NCBI GenBank assembly: GCA_964457785.1
Contig: CAYWEX010000005.1
Span: forward strand, 1-58,758
Source: Candidatus Woesearchaeota archaeon
GTDB lineage: Archaea > Nanobdellota > Nanobdellia > SCGC-AAA011-G17 > JACPIM01
DNA: 58,758 nucleotides
Direction: 5' to 3'
The translations under genes were made by a program, and so were the position numbers. Every line of letters begins with the position of its first letter. Position 1 is the stretch's first letter. The notes under the pieces are model-generated. The model was not told the origin of the DNA. It ran no database searches and saw only the letters and a list, made by a program, of their open reading frames with translations. Below are positions 1 through 10,056 of the stretch, in pieces.

Positions 1-10
1 TTTATAAGCT

Positions 11-574
11 TTACTGCTCTTTATAATTTTCTTTTAATAAACCATAAAAATATGCGTTTTTTAATTTTCCATCTGCCTTGGATCTTTTTGCTTTTAGCTT
101 AAAACCTTCTTGCTTAAATCCAAATTTTTGTAATAATTTTCCTGATGAAGGATTTCCTTGAAAAACTTCTGCTTCAAGTCTTCTTAATCTTAATTTCTTA
201 AAACCAAATTTGATAACGGCCTTTAATGCTTCTGATCCATATCCCTTGTTGTGATATTTTGATCCTATCCAATAGCCTATTTCTGCTGTTTCTTGATATT
301 TTTCAATTTTATGAATTCCCATTCCCCCAATTAGTTTATGTTCTTCTTTTAATTCTATTCCGAAAGTATAGTTCTTTCTTCTCTTTTGCTTTTCTTCTTT
401 TTGAGAGTTTTTAATCCAGAAAAAGGCATCTTTTAGTCTATATGGAAAAGGAACTAAAAGCAGCCATTTAGAAATATTTATGTTATTGATGTTTTCAACT
501 ATGCTTTTTGCATCTGCTTTTTTTATTGGTCTAAGCAATAACCTTTTTGTTTCTAATTTCATAATTTTTAACAT
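11..574 (-). CDS. GNAT N-acetyltransferase, RimJ/RimL family
   Basis: LETKRLLLRPI start, AEIGYWIG..YHNKGYGSEA acetyl-CoA motif, N..S.KLLQKFGF. Confidence 0.9.
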   Translation of the reverse strand: MLKIMKLETKRLLLRPIKKADAKSIVENINNINISKWLLLVPFPYRLKDAFFWIKNSQKEEKQKRRKNYTFGIELKEEHKLIGGMGIHKIEKYQETAEIGYWIGSKYHNKGYGSEALKAVIKFGFKKLRLRRLEAEVFQGNPSSGKLLQKFGFKQEGFKLKAKRSKADGKLKNAYFYGLLKENYKEQ

Positions 575-617
575 TTTTTAAATTTAAAAGCCTTGTTATA
601 TTAGGAAGTTTTTTAAA

Positions 618-1142
618 GTGTTTAATTTGAATATTGGGATGGAAAAGTTAATACCAGTATTGGCTTTTTTAGGAATATTTGTAGGCATTCTAATTGCAAA
701 ATTCACAAGAGAAGAAATAAGAAACAACAGAAATTACCTGCTAATTTTAAGCAAAATAATTATTGGGATTTTGATATTTACAGTAATTATTTTCAGCAAA
801 AACTTTTCATTATTATTTATTGGTGTTTTATTGGGATTTTTGAGCGCTTATGTAGTATCAGAATTTTTATTTTTAGGACTAGCATTAGGAATAAGTTTAT
901 TTTTGAAGAAAGATATCAGTTTAGCTACCTCTTCACTTGTTTTTATGTATGCTTTGGTTTATGGAAGCTTATTAAGAATAAGCACATTAAATTTTTCTAA
1001 AATCTTAATTCTATTTATCATGTTTTTTCTCCCGTTTAGTGTATTTTTATTAGATGGAGTTTTATTATTGGATTTAGTTATTGGTTTTGTTGCTGGGGGA
1101 TTAAGCAATTATTTAATAGGAAACAAATTTGCTCTTTTTTAG
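618..1142 (+). CDS. multi-pass membrane protein, unknown function
   Basis: 174-aa ORF of consecutive hydrophobic segments; ends 4 bp before dph5; the ATG at 639 is an alternative start. Confidence 0.7.
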   Translation: MFNLNIGMEKLIPVLAFLGIFVGILIAKFTREEIRNNRNYLLILSKIIIGILIFTVIIFSKNFSLLFIGVLLGFLSAYVVSEFLFLGLALGISLFLKKDISLATSSLVFMYALVYGSLLRISTLNFSKILILFIMFFLPFSVFLLDGVLLLDLVIGFVAGGLSNYLIGNKFALF

Positions 1143-1145
1143 AAA

Positions 1146-1868
1146 ATGCTGCATATTATATCATTAGGGTTATTTGACAAGAAAGACATTAGTGTAAAAG
1201 GACTAGAAACCTGCAGGAAATGTGATTTTCTTTATTTAGAAAGGTACACTAACTTTTTTGACAATACTGCCAAGGAATTAGAAGAATTTATAGGAAATAA
1301 AGTTATTGAAATTAAAAGAGAGGATTTAGAGAATAAAAGTTCTGAACTAATTAAAAAGGCAATAGATTCTGAAGTAGGAGTTTTAATTCCTGGAGACTGC
1401 TTTAGTGCAACAACACATTTTTCCTTATTACAGGAAGCTAAAAAAGAAAACATCAAAGTAAATATAATTCATGGATCAAGTATTTTAACTGCTATTGGCG
1501 AGACTGGATTAAGCTTGTATAATTTTGGAAAAACAACCACTATTCCTTTTGAAAACAAGAACTTGAAAAGCCCTATTGAAGTTTTAAATAATAATTTAAA
1601 ATTAGGAATGCATACTTTATTTTTATTAGATGTAAAGGAAAATAGATGGATGAGCATTAATGGCGGGTTAAAATATTTAATTGAGAATAAAATTGATGAA
1701 AATACATTGGTTGTTGGATGCTGCGGATTAGGAAGCGAGAAAAAAGAAATTAAAGCTGGAAAAATAAAAGATTTAATTGATTATGAATTTAAGATTTATC
1801 CACAATGTTTTATTATTCCAGGAAAATTGCATTTTACAGAAGAAGAAGCTTTAGAATTATTATACTAA
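1146..1868 (+). CDS. dph5: diphthine synthase (diphthamide methyltransferase)
   Basis: IISLGL..KDISVKGLE, LERYT, PGDCFSATTH, SLYNFGKTTTIPF, GMHTLFLLD, IIPGKLHFTE motifs. Confidence 0.93.
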   Translation: MLHIISLGLFDKKDISVKGLETCRKCDFLYLERYTNFFDNTAKELEEFIGNKVIEIKREDLENKSSELIKKAIDSEVGVLIPGDCFSATTHFSLLQEAKKENIKVNIIHGSSILTAIGETGLSLYNFGKTTTIPFENKNLKSPIEVLNNNLKLGMHTLFLLDVKENRWMSINGGLKYLIENKIDENTLVVGCCGLGSEKKEIKAGKIKDLIDYEFKIYPQCFIIPGKLHFTEEEALELLY

Positions 1869-2240
1869 GCCACTGTAATCATTTAAGTTATGCCCATTAT
1901 AATCAAAAGAAATTATCTCGCCGTGGTTTATTTCTTTTAATCCATTATATTGTGAAGAATTAACTTCTGCAACTACTTGTTCAATTGCGTAGACATAACG
2001 ATGCCTAATATTTTTGCCTCTTAAAAATGTAAATAAATTAGGATGTTTTTCAGCAATAATCGCCTCTGCTTTTTTTCGTTCATCTCTAGAAACCTTACTA
2101 TCCTTAATAGTTATAAGAACCGGAATTACATCTCCATTTGTTAATGCAGCTATTTTTTCTTCTAATTTTTGAGAAATTCTAGGTACGGTTTGACACCGGG
2201 GCAGTTCTTCAACTGCTGATGAGTCTTGATTTTGTTCCAT
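1860..2240 (-). CDS. hypothetical protein
   Basis: 126-aa ORF on otherwise unoccupied sequence, ordinary composition. Confidence 0.6.
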   Translation of the reverse strand: MEQNQDSSAVEELPRCQTVPRISQKLEEKIAALTNGDVIPVLITIKDSKVSRDERKKAEAIIAEKHPNLFTFLRGKNIRHRYVYAIEQVVAEVNSSQYNGLKEINHGEIISFDYNGHNLNDYSGLV

Positions 2241-2285
2241 TTTTATAATTAGTAAATATTTTTTGTATTTAATTATTTATAAAGC

Positions 2286-2762
2286 TTATTGTTTTGTGAA
2301 CGGAGAAATAATTTGGTCTTCAACAACTTCTGAATTCCCATCATTAATCCTTAAATTTATTACATTCAGATTTCTCAAAACTACTGTGACATTCCACAAG
2401 ATATTCCTATCTCTTGATTCAAGAGAAATAATCATCTTTGAGAAGTTTTCTTCTTTGTATTTTTTAACCAACAAGAAATTAGCTATTGAAACTGCTTCTT
2501 TTTCTTCTAATTTTAGATTTCCCAAGAATAATTCTTCTGGATTCTGATTTTTAGACAACAATATGTTTGTATCTTTCAGAATAACTTCATCATTATCTAC
2601 AAAAAAAGTGTATGTTGATTTTGTTTCAGCTGAGAAATAATTAAATTCCCATAATCTTTTTATCTGAGCATCATTCAGGAAACAACTTACCAACCTGGCT
2701 CTTGATATTATGGCCTTAAATTTCTCTGAATTTCTTATCTTATCAAAGTCTTCTTTTATCAT
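2286..2762 (-). CDS. hypothetical protein
   Basis: 158-aa ORF starting 3 bp after the thrS stop, probably co-transcribed. Confidence 0.7.
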   Translation of the reverse strand: MIKEDFDKIRNSEKFKAIISRARLVSCFLNDAQIKRLWEFNYFSAETKSTYTFFVDNDEVILKDTNILLSKNQNPEELFLGNLKLEEKEAVSIANFLLVKKYKEENFSKMIISLESRDRNILWNVTVVLRNLNVINLRINDGNSEVVEDQIISPFTKQ

Positions 2763-2764
2763 TT

Positions 2765-4948
2765 TTATAGTTTAGAATTAATGCTTCTAGATGAGACTTC
2801 TTCTTTTAATAAGCTTAAGAATTCTTCTGTTTTGACATTAAATTTAACCTTACCATCTCTTGTCCTTATTGCCAAGGTTTTATTTTCTGTTTCTTTGTCT
2901 CCTATTGTAATAATATAGGGAATTTTCTGCATTGTAGCTTCAAGAACTTTCTTCCCCAAAGTTTCCGGCTTGTCATTTAATTCTACCCTGATATTATTTT
3001 CTTTAAATTTGCTTTCAATTTCTTTTGCAAAATTTATTGATCTGTCTGTAACTGTTATAATTTCTGCTTGAACAGGAGACAGCCATAACGGCATCTTACC
3101 TGCAAAATGCTCTAACAAAAAAGCCATGAATCTTTCATGAGTTGATAAAGGTGCCCTGTGAATTACAAAAACTTCATTGTTTTCTTTTCCTTCTTTATCA
3201 TTGTATTTTAAATTGAAGTTTTTCTTTGCTGCAAAATCCAACTGGATTGTTGACATTGTTTCTTCTCTTCCAATTACAGATTTAAATTGTATATCTAATT
3301 TAGGACCATAGAAAGCAGCTTCATCTGGCTTTTCAATAAATTTAACATTTAATTTTTTCAATACATTTCTTAAAACATTTTCTGTAAATTTCCAATTTTC
3401 CGGCTGGTCAATATATTTTGCCTTATTTCTTGGATCATGCAAAGATAATCTAAACCAGAAGTCCTTAAGACCAAAAGTTTCAAAATATTCTTTTGTCATA
3501 GAAACTACATTCTTGAATTCTTCTTCTATCTGGTCTTTAGAACAATAAATGTGTGCATCATTCATTGACAGCATTCTAACTCTTAACAAGCCAGCCAATG
3601 TTCCTGATAATTCATTTCTATAAACTGTACCGTATTCTGCCAATCTTAATGGCAGTTCTTTATAGCTTCTCGCCCTGGAATTAAATATAATATGATGAAG
3701 AGGGCAGTTCATCGGTTTAATATAATATGTACCGTCATCCAAATTCATTTCTGGGTACATGCCATCTTTGTAGTAAGGCAAATGACCGGACTGCAAATAT
3801 AATTCTTTTTTAGCCAAGTGAGGAGTTGAAACTCTTACATAGCCATATTTTTCTTCTGTTTCAATTACGAATTTTTCAACTTCATTTCTAATTAAAGTTC
3901 CTTTTGGCAGCCATATTGGCAATCCTTTTCCAATTAAATCTGAAAATGTGAATAATTCAAGCTGTTTTCCCAATGTTCTGTGATCTCTTTTTTCTGCTTC
4001 TTCCTGTTGTTTTAAATAAATATCCAAATCTTTTTGATTTTCAAAAGCAATACCATAAATTCTCTGCAACTGCTTATTGTATTGAGAACCTTTCCAGTAA
4101 ACGCCTGATGTTAACAATAATTTGAAAACAGAAGTTTTAGGAATTTCTTCCAACGCTTCACCTAATATTACATCTTCATATCCATCCAGCTCATATATTT
4201 TAGTTTTTTTAATATCTTTCAAGATTTCTTTTTTATACAACTTGTCTTTAAATTTTGATTTTGCTTTTTTTAATTTTATTCCTTTTTGAAGAAGTTCGTG
4301 CATCTTTTTTTCTATTCTTTTGATATCATCTGGATTAAATGGATTGGGCTTTTCAAAATCATAATAAAATTTGTCTTCATCCAAGTAATTTAAAGCTGGC
4401 TTAGAATTTGGAAACAATGACAGAACTGCTTTTCCCAACAATAAAGTAAAAGCATTTCTTAGTTTGTCTAATTTATTTAATTCTTTAATCTGAATTTCCA
4501 AGGGCTTGTCTATTTTTTCTACACCTTTTGAGTCTGCCAAAATTTCCCTTGATAATTCTGACAAAGGATGGCCTTTTGTTGATATTTCAAATGTTTTGTA
4601 ATGGCCGAAAGGAGCCCTAGTTACTTTGAAATCTTTTTTTAGTTTAGATTCTGCATCTTTTAACATCTGCAAAGCAAATTTAGGAGAAGATAATTTAGAG
4701 CTTAAATGAGCATAAGGATAAATAACTATATTTTTTTCCTTAACTTGGTCTGAAATTAACTTAATTTCTTTTACCAAATTATCAAGAATAATTTTTGGAT
4801 TTTTTTCATCTTCTGATTCTACTGCTGTAAAGATTACCAGACATTCATTTACTTTAACTTCCTTGTTAGAAACTTCCTCAGCCTCTTTTATTGCAACTTT
4901 TACGGGCTTGAATTTCAAGTGGTCAGCGTGTATAGCCAGTATTTTCAT
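2765..4948 (-). CDS. thrS: threonine-tRNA ligase, chimeric (archaeal editing domain + degenerate bacterial N2 domain + bacterial-type core)
   Basis: N-terminal YPYAHLS/APFG.YK/KGHPLSELSR; core KPMNCP, YRNELSG..GLLRVR, DAHI, FYGPKLD, IHRA; C-terminal anticodon-binding domain. Confidence 0.96.
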   Translation of the reverse strand: MKILAIHADHLKFKPVKVAIKEAEEVSNKEVKVNECLVIFTAVESEDEKNPKIILDNLVKEIKLISDQVKEKNIVIYPYAHLSSKLSSPKFALQMLKDAESKLKKDFKVTRAPFGHYKTFEISTKGHPLSELSREILADSKGVEKIDKPLEIQIKELNKLDKLRNAFTLLLGKAVLSLFPNSKPALNYLDEDKFYYDFEKPNPFNPDDIKRIEKKMHELLQKGIKLKKAKSKFKDKLYKKEILKDIKKTKIYELDGYEDVILGEALEEIPKTSVFKLLLTSGVYWKGSQYNKQLQRIYGIAFENQKDLDIYLKQQEEAEKRDHRTLGKQLELFTFSDLIGKGLPIWLPKGTLIRNEVEKFVIETEEKYGYVRVSTPHLAKKELYLQSGHLPYYKDGMYPEMNLDDGTYYIKPMNCPLHHIIFNSRARSYKELPLRLAEYGTVYRNELSGTLAGLLRVRMLSMNDAHIYCSKDQIEEEFKNVVSMTKEYFETFGLKDFWFRLSLHDPRNKAKYIDQPENWKFTENVLRNVLKKLNVKFIEKPDEAAFYGPKLDIQFKSVIGREETMSTIQLDFAAKKNFNLKYNDKEGKENNEVFVIHRAPLSTHERFMAFLLEHFAGKMPLWLSPVQAEIITVTDRSINFAKEIESKFKENNIRVELNDKPETLGKKVLEATMQKIPYIITIGDKETENKTLAIRTRDGKVKFNVKTEEFLSLLKEEVSSRSINSKL

Positions 4949-4986
4949 AAGTTATTAAAGCAAAAAGAAAGTATATAAAGATTTTT

Positions 4987-5589
4987 ATGGATAGAAATAA
5001 CATGAGAAAAATCATACTGGCTTCTAACTCGCCAAGAAGAAAGCAATTATTAGCGCAATTAATTGGAGATAATTTTGAAATTAAAACTGGAAATTATGTT
5101 GAAGACAATAACCTGCCTAAAAAGCCTGAAATTCTAGTGAGGTATCATGCCTTACAAAAGGGAAGGGATGTTGCGAAAAATTTAAGAGAAGGGATAATAA
5201 TTTCAGCAGATACATTAGTTTTTTATAAAAAAAAGGCTTTGGGAAAACCACATACAGAAGAAAAAGCAAAAGAAATGCTTAAATTACTTAGTGGGAAAGA
5301 AGTTGAAATATATACAGGATTAGCAGTTATTGATGTGAAAAATAAAAAAGAGTTACAAGACTACGGTTTTGTTAAAATCAAATTAAAAAAATTATCTGAA
5401 AAAGAAATAGAAGAATACATAAAAACTGGAGAGCCTTTGGATAGAGCTGGCGCTTTTGCTGTTCAGGAAAAAGGAGTTGTTTTTATAGAAAAAATAGATG
5501 GAGATTATCCAACTGCTGTTGGCTTACCTTTATTTAAATTAAGTAAATTACTAGATAAATTGGGAGTTTCTATTTTTGATTACAGATAA
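4987..5589 (+). CDS. maf: Maf family nucleoside triphosphate pyrophosphatase
   Basis: IILASNSPRRKQLL, ISADTLV, LGKP, GEPLDRAGA, VGLPL. Confidence 0.95.
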   Translation: MDRNNMRKIILASNSPRRKQLLAQLIGDNFEIKTGNYVEDNNLPKKPEILVRYHALQKGRDVAKNLREGIIISADTLVFYKKKALGKPHTEEKAKEMLKLLSGKEVEIYTGLAVIDVKNKKELQDYGFVKIKLKKLSEKEIEEYIKTGEPLDRAGAFAVQEKGVVFIEKIDGDYPTAVGLPLFKLSKLLDKLGVSIFDYR

Positions 5590-5662
5590 AGTTTATTATT
5601 TAGGTGACTACAACTATATTATAATAATAAGATATTTAAAGAAAAGGGTATGGATTTAGACT

Positions 5663-7504
5663 ATGAAAAGAGTGTTTTTGGCTTTAAGTTTTCTATTAAT
5701 TATTCTGCCTAGTTCTTTTGCTTTAATTGAAATTAATGAAATTACCCCAAAAGTCTATAATTTAGGTGATAAAATCAAAATAGCTGCGTCAATTACAAGA
5801 GAAACTAGTTTTGACGGCTTATTAAAAATAAATATGGCTTGTAAGGAGGAAACTCCTGTCATATCTCGGGTTTTAGATTTAAGTGCTACTGAAAAATATA
5901 ATTTTCTGGAAGAAATCACTATTCCAAATATAGGAACTGGAGAATGCAAGCTGAGAGTCTTTTTAGATGAAAATGGAAATTTAATAGAAGAAAAGAACAG
6001 TGATATTTTTCAAGTTACAAAAGAATTAAATGGAAATTTTGTTCTAGTTAACAGCAGAGTTCAATTAGGAAGTGATGTTGACATTAAGGGAGATATTTCA
6101 AAAGTAAATGGGAAAAAAATTGATGGTATTGCTACAACTCACTTTAAAAAAGACAAAAATGTTTTATTTGTTGATACTGAAGATGTGAAAGAAGGAAGTT
6201 TTACATTTAATATTCCTTCTAACTATACTAATGCTGGAAGTTATTCAGTTGATTTTAATGTGAGAGACGCTAGTGGAAATGAAAAATTATTTACTGAAGC
6301 TATTGTCTTCGATATTACTAATTTACTTAATGTAGACTTAAAATTAAATAAAAATCAGGTAAAACCAGGAGAACTCTTTGAAGTTACTGGTGTTGTTACA
6401 GATACTTATGGAAATAGAGTGAATCCTGGAAGTTTTACTGTGAAATTCAATGACAAAGAACTAAAAGGAAAAATCCTGCTGGGGGATATTTATTTAGAAA
6501 TAGCTGCTGACAATAATTTAAAATCTGGATTTCATAATATTTTAGTAAATGTTATGGATGATTTTGGAAACAAAGGATCAGGAACATTAAATGTTGAAAT
6601 TTTGTCTAAAGCAGAGAGAGCTGAATTAAAAATTGATAAAGATTCTTACAAACCAGGAGAAAATGTAAAAGTAACTGCTTTTGTTTATGACCAAGGAAGA
6701 GATCTATTTGACAAAGATATTGAAATTGAAATAAGGGATTCTTCTGGTGTAAAAAGAGCAGATGAAATCATAAAAAGAGAATTTACATTTGCCTTGCCCT
6801 TAATTTCCAAGCCTGGAGAATGGGCGATTAAGGCAACTTCCGGCGCTTTAAAAGATGAGAAGAAATTTTATGTTACAGAAGTAAAAGAAATTAGCTATAA
6901 AATTGAGGGACAAATGCTGATAGTTACAAATATCGGCAATGTTGCTTATGATGATATTTTAGATTTGGATTTAGATGGAGTTAGTGAAACTGCTTCTTTT
7001 AATGAAAAAATTTATTTAGAACCTGGAGAAAGCGAAAGCATTGATTTGGGAAAAGATGTTAATACTGGAATTTATAAGGCTACTATTAATAATAAGTTAT
7101 TTGATAATGTAAGAATTGAAGGAAGGAAATTTGGAGATTATGGGAAAAACCTTAATTTAATATTTGTTTTTATTGTTTTATTAGTTCTTGGAATTTTACT
7201 TTACATGAAAAAAGGAATTAAATTACCAAGTTTAGGAAAATTCTTCAAAAAAGAGAGAAAAGAATTCAGCTATATTGATGATGTAAAAAAAGTTTTGCAT
7301 GAAAAAATGGAGCAAAAAGAAAGATTTGTGAAAAAAGAAATGCAGCATCTTAAAACTAAAGAAAATGTTTTTAAAGAATATATAACCATAAAGCCAAGAG
7401 ATGAAAAATTAAATGATTACAGACAAAAGAGTTCTTATTTGAAAAGAAGAGAGAAAGAAAAGGGTGGAGAATTTAAAGAAGGCATGTTCAATATGTTTAA
7501 ATAA
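5663..7504 (+). CDS. secreted, membrane-anchored beta-rich (Ig/MG2-like) protein
   Basis: N-terminal signal peptide, DKDSYKPGENVKVTAFVYD MG2-like segment, TM helix near aa 500, charged tail. Confidence 0.7.
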   Translation: MKRVFLALSFLLIILPSSFALIEINEITPKVYNLGDKIKIAASITRETSFDGLLKINMACKEETPVISRVLDLSATEKYNFLEEITIPNIGTGECKLRVFLDENGNLIEEKNSDIFQVTKELNGNFVLVNSRVQLGSDVDIKGDISKVNGKKIDGIATTHFKKDKNVLFVDTEDVKEGSFTFNIPSNYTNAGSYSVDFNVRDASGNEKLFTEAIVFDITNLLNVDLKLNKNQVKPGELFEVTGVVTDTYGNRVNPGSFTVKFNDKELKGKILLGDIYLEIAADNNLKSGFHNILVNVMDDFGNKGSGTLNVEILSKAERAELKIDKDSYKPGENVKVTAFVYDQGRDLFDKDIEIEIRDSSGVKRADEIIKREFTFALPLISKPGEWAIKATSGALKDEKKFYVTEVKEISYKIEGQMLIVTNIGNVAYDDILDLDLDGVSETASFNEKIYLEPGESESIDLGKDVNTGIYKATINNKLFDNVRIEGRKFGDYGKNLNLIFVFIVLLVLGILLYMKKGIKLPSLGKFFKKERKEFSYIDDVKKVLHEKMEQKERFVKKEMQHLKTKENVFKEYITIKPRDEKLNDYRQKSSYLKRREKEKGGEFKEGMFNMFK

Positions 7505-7545
7505 ACTTATAATATAAAAGAGTTCTCGAAAAATAACTTATGTTT

Positions 7546-8457
7546 TTAATCCAATAATTTTAATTTATCTGCCAACTTGCAGGCCTGACAAATCTCCTGA
7601 GAACAGGGTTCAGAACAGATTTTACATGCTTTTATTTTTTTAAAATCAAGATGCTTTCTTAAAATCGGCTGAATTTCCATAAATGAATTTATTATAGAGT
7701 GTTTTGTACCTGGATATTTTGCTTCTATTTCATTTAACCAGTCCCTTAAGTTGCATCTATATGATAAAGCAGCATTTGGACATTCTATATATTCATCTTT
7801 TAAATTATTCAAGAAAGCAAATGCAGCTATTTCCCTTTCTGTCAAGAAATATAATGGTTTAATTCTTCTAATAAATCTTTTATCTTCTATTACTCCCGTA
7901 ATTGGGCCTAATCTTGCTGAGGCAGCTATATTCCTTCTAAATTGGTTCATTAGAATAGTCTGGGCTTCATCATCCAAATTATGACCTGTTGCCAGCTTAG
8001 TAATTCCTAATTGTTTTGCTTTTGTATTTAATAAATATCTTCTAAATACACCACAAATTGAACAAGGCTTTTCATTAGTTATTTTAAGCATTTTATCCAA
8101 AGTTTGGCCAAATTCTTTTTTATATGAAAAAGTATGCAAATCTATTTTATTTTCTTTGCAGAAGTTTTTTAAGAAAGTTAAATTTCTATATCCTTCAATA
8201 CCTTCATCTATTGCCAGGGCCATTACTTTTATATTTTGGGGCTTAAGTATTTTATTTAGAATATACAAAGTTGACATTGAATCCTTGCCTCCGCTTGCAG
8301 CGACCCCAATTACATCTTTCTTGTCAATTAACTTATAGATCCTTATTGTCTTTCTTACTTTCTTTTCAAAATACCTGTTGAAACATTTTCTGCATTGATA
8401 GATATTACTATTTGGGAGCTTTATTACTGGATTTTTTTCACATATTTTACATGACAT
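7546..8457 (-). CDS. ncsA: tRNA 2-thiolation protein NcsA/TtuA (TIGR00269-like)
   Basis: N- and C-terminal Cys zinc fingers, SGGKDS PP-loop, CSICGVFRR, TGHNLDDEAQ. Confidence 0.9.
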   Translation of the reverse strand: MSCKICEKNPVIKLPNSNIYQCRKCFNRYFEKKVRKTIRIYKLIDKKDVIGVAASGGKDSMSTLYILNKILKPQNIKVMALAIDEGIEGYRNLTFLKNFCKENKIDLHTFSYKKEFGQTLDKMLKITNEKPCSICGVFRRYLLNTKAKQLGITKLATGHNLDDEAQTILMNQFRRNIAASARLGPITGVIEDKRFIRRIKPLYFLTEREIAAFAFLNNLKDEYIECPNAALSYRCNLRDWLNEIEAKYPGTKHSIINSFMEIQPILRKHLDFKKIKACKICSEPCSQEICQACKLADKLKLLD

Positions 8458-8475
8458 ATTTCTAATATTATTCCC

Positions 8476-9630
8476 TTAGTTTAATATTCTCTTTACAATT
8501 GCATTTTTTATTGCTTTTTCAATTAAAACATTCTTGCTTAATTTAGATTCTATTCTTTTAATTTCTTCTGGATCTGATTTTGTTGCAGGATGTTCTGCTA
8601 TCATAAAAGAACAGCAGTCTTCATAAGGAAGAATTGACAATTCAAAAGTCTTAATTTTCTTTGCAACATTAATAATTTCTTCCTTATCAAAGCCAATTAC
8701 TGGGGATAAGACAGAATATTTTGTTGCTCCTTGAATTACATTTAAATTTGAAAGAGTCTGACTGGCTACCTGGGCTAAATTGCTTCCATCAACAATTGCT
8801 CCGGCATTTTCATTTTCCAATATTTTCTCTGCTATCATTAACATGAACCTCTTGTAAATTATCATTCTGTATCTTGAATTAATTTCCTTAATGATTTCTT
8901 TCTGGATTTCTTCAAATGGAACTAGATATAATTTTGTCTTGAACTGGTATTTGCTTAAAACATTAACAATATCAATTACTTTTTCCATTGACTGCTTTGT
9001 ATTTATGGTTGAATTATAAAAGTGAACATAAATTACTGAGCAGCCACGTTTCATCATAAAATATGACGATACAGGAGAATCTATGCCCCCAGATATTAAA
9101 GAAACTACTTTTCCAGATACTCCAACTGGCAGACCACCAAGAGATTTTATTTTTTCATTATAAATAAAAGAATTGTTCTCTGTTATTTCAACATATATTG
9201 TTGTATCTGGCTTTTCCAGATTTACTTCTAAACTTTTATTTTTTTGAATATATTCGCCCAAAATATTATGCAGATCTCTAGATGTATATTGATAATTTTT
9301 ATTTGATCTTGAAGCATTTATCCTGAAAGATTTAATATTTTCCGGGATTAACTCTGAAGCTGTTTTCTTTATTTCTTCCAAATCTAAAGAAGATTTGACT
9401 GCAAATGAAAAATGAGTAATTCCAAATATATTAGACAGCTTTTCCTTTAATTCGGCAGCATTATAATCTTCTTTAATCTCAATTACTATTCTTCCATAGA
9501 ATCTTTTAACAGAGATAAATTTATCTTTTAAATTCCATTTTATGTTTTCAACTAGCTTTTTCTCGAAAAAGGAACGATTTTTTCCTTTAGTACCGATTTC
9601 TCCGTAATGAACAACTATAGAATTATACAT
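8476..9630 (-). CDS. thiI: tRNA 4-thiouridine synthase, short form without rhodanese domain
   Basis: HYGEIGTKGKNR, THUMP domain, GGLPVG, SGGIDSPV, QVASQTL, EDCC. Confidence 0.95.
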   Translation of the reverse strand: MYNSIVVHYGEIGTKGKNRSFFEKKLVENIKWNLKDKFISVKRFYGRIVIEIKEDYNAAELKEKLSNIFGITHFSFAVKSSLDLEEIKKTASELIPENIKSFRINASRSNKNYQYTSRDLHNILGEYIQKNKSLEVNLEKPDTTIYVEITENNSFIYNEKIKSLGGLPVGVSGKVVSLISGGIDSPVSSYFMMKRGCSVIYVHFYNSTINTKQSMEKVIDIVNVLSKYQFKTKLYLVPFEEIQKEIIKEINSRYRMIIYKRFMLMIAEKILENENAGAIVDGSNLAQVASQTLSNLNVIQGATKYSVLSPVIGFDKEEIINVAKKIKTFELSILPYEDCCSFMIAEHPATKSDPEEIKRIESKLSKNVLIEKAIKNAIVKRILN

Positions 9631-9635
9631 TTATT

Positions 9636-9833
9636 CTATCCGCCTGAAATGACAGGTAAAATCCTTAATTTATCATTATTATTTAATTTTGTTTTATCTG
9701 TAATTAATTCATTGTTTCTTATTATCAAAGAAGCTTCTGGATTAAGATTTAGCTTTTTGAATAATTCATTCAGATCATTAATTTCCAGATCCTTAGATTC
9801 TCTTGTCCTTTCAAGGAATACTGTTATTTTCAT
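9636..9833 (-). CDS. ubiquitin-like sulfur carrier (MoaD/ThiS/SAMP family)
   Basis: 65 aa ending PVISGG; first gene of an apparent operon with thiI and ncsA. Confidence 0.9.
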   Translation of the reverse strand: MKITVFLERTRESKDLEINDLNELFKKLNLNPEASLIIRNNELITDKTKLNNNDKLRILPVISGG

Positions 9834-9869
9834 AGATCAAGGGCTTTTATGGGGATTTATAATATTTTT

Positions 9870-9878
9870 GATTTATAT
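9870..9878. repeat. target-site duplication of element 1, left copy (GATTTATAT; right copy 11170-11178)
   Basis: identical 9-mer directly outside both inverted repeats; 10 bp if the adjacent T is counted. Confidence 0.9.
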
Positions 9879-9966
9879 GGCTTTGCACATAAATTCAAAT
9901 TTAAGAAATCTTTAAAATAAATCCGTAAACTTTTCGGTGTTTATTACTTTATAATTAAACAACAAG

Positions 9967-10030
9967 TTATATATAAATTTCACTGGACAAATTCACTGGA
10001 CATTTCGTGGACCTGCCTATCGCTTATAAA
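9967..10030 (+). promoter_or_regulatory. two TATA-like boxes flanking 13-bp-period direct repeats upstream of tnpB
   Basis: TTATATATAAA 9967-9977; TTCACTGGACA at 9979 and 9992 plus a degenerate third; CTTATAAA 10023-10030; same layout at 24238-24301. Confidence 0.5.
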
Positions 10031-10056
10031 TAAAATTGTCTTTTTCTTATTTTAAT

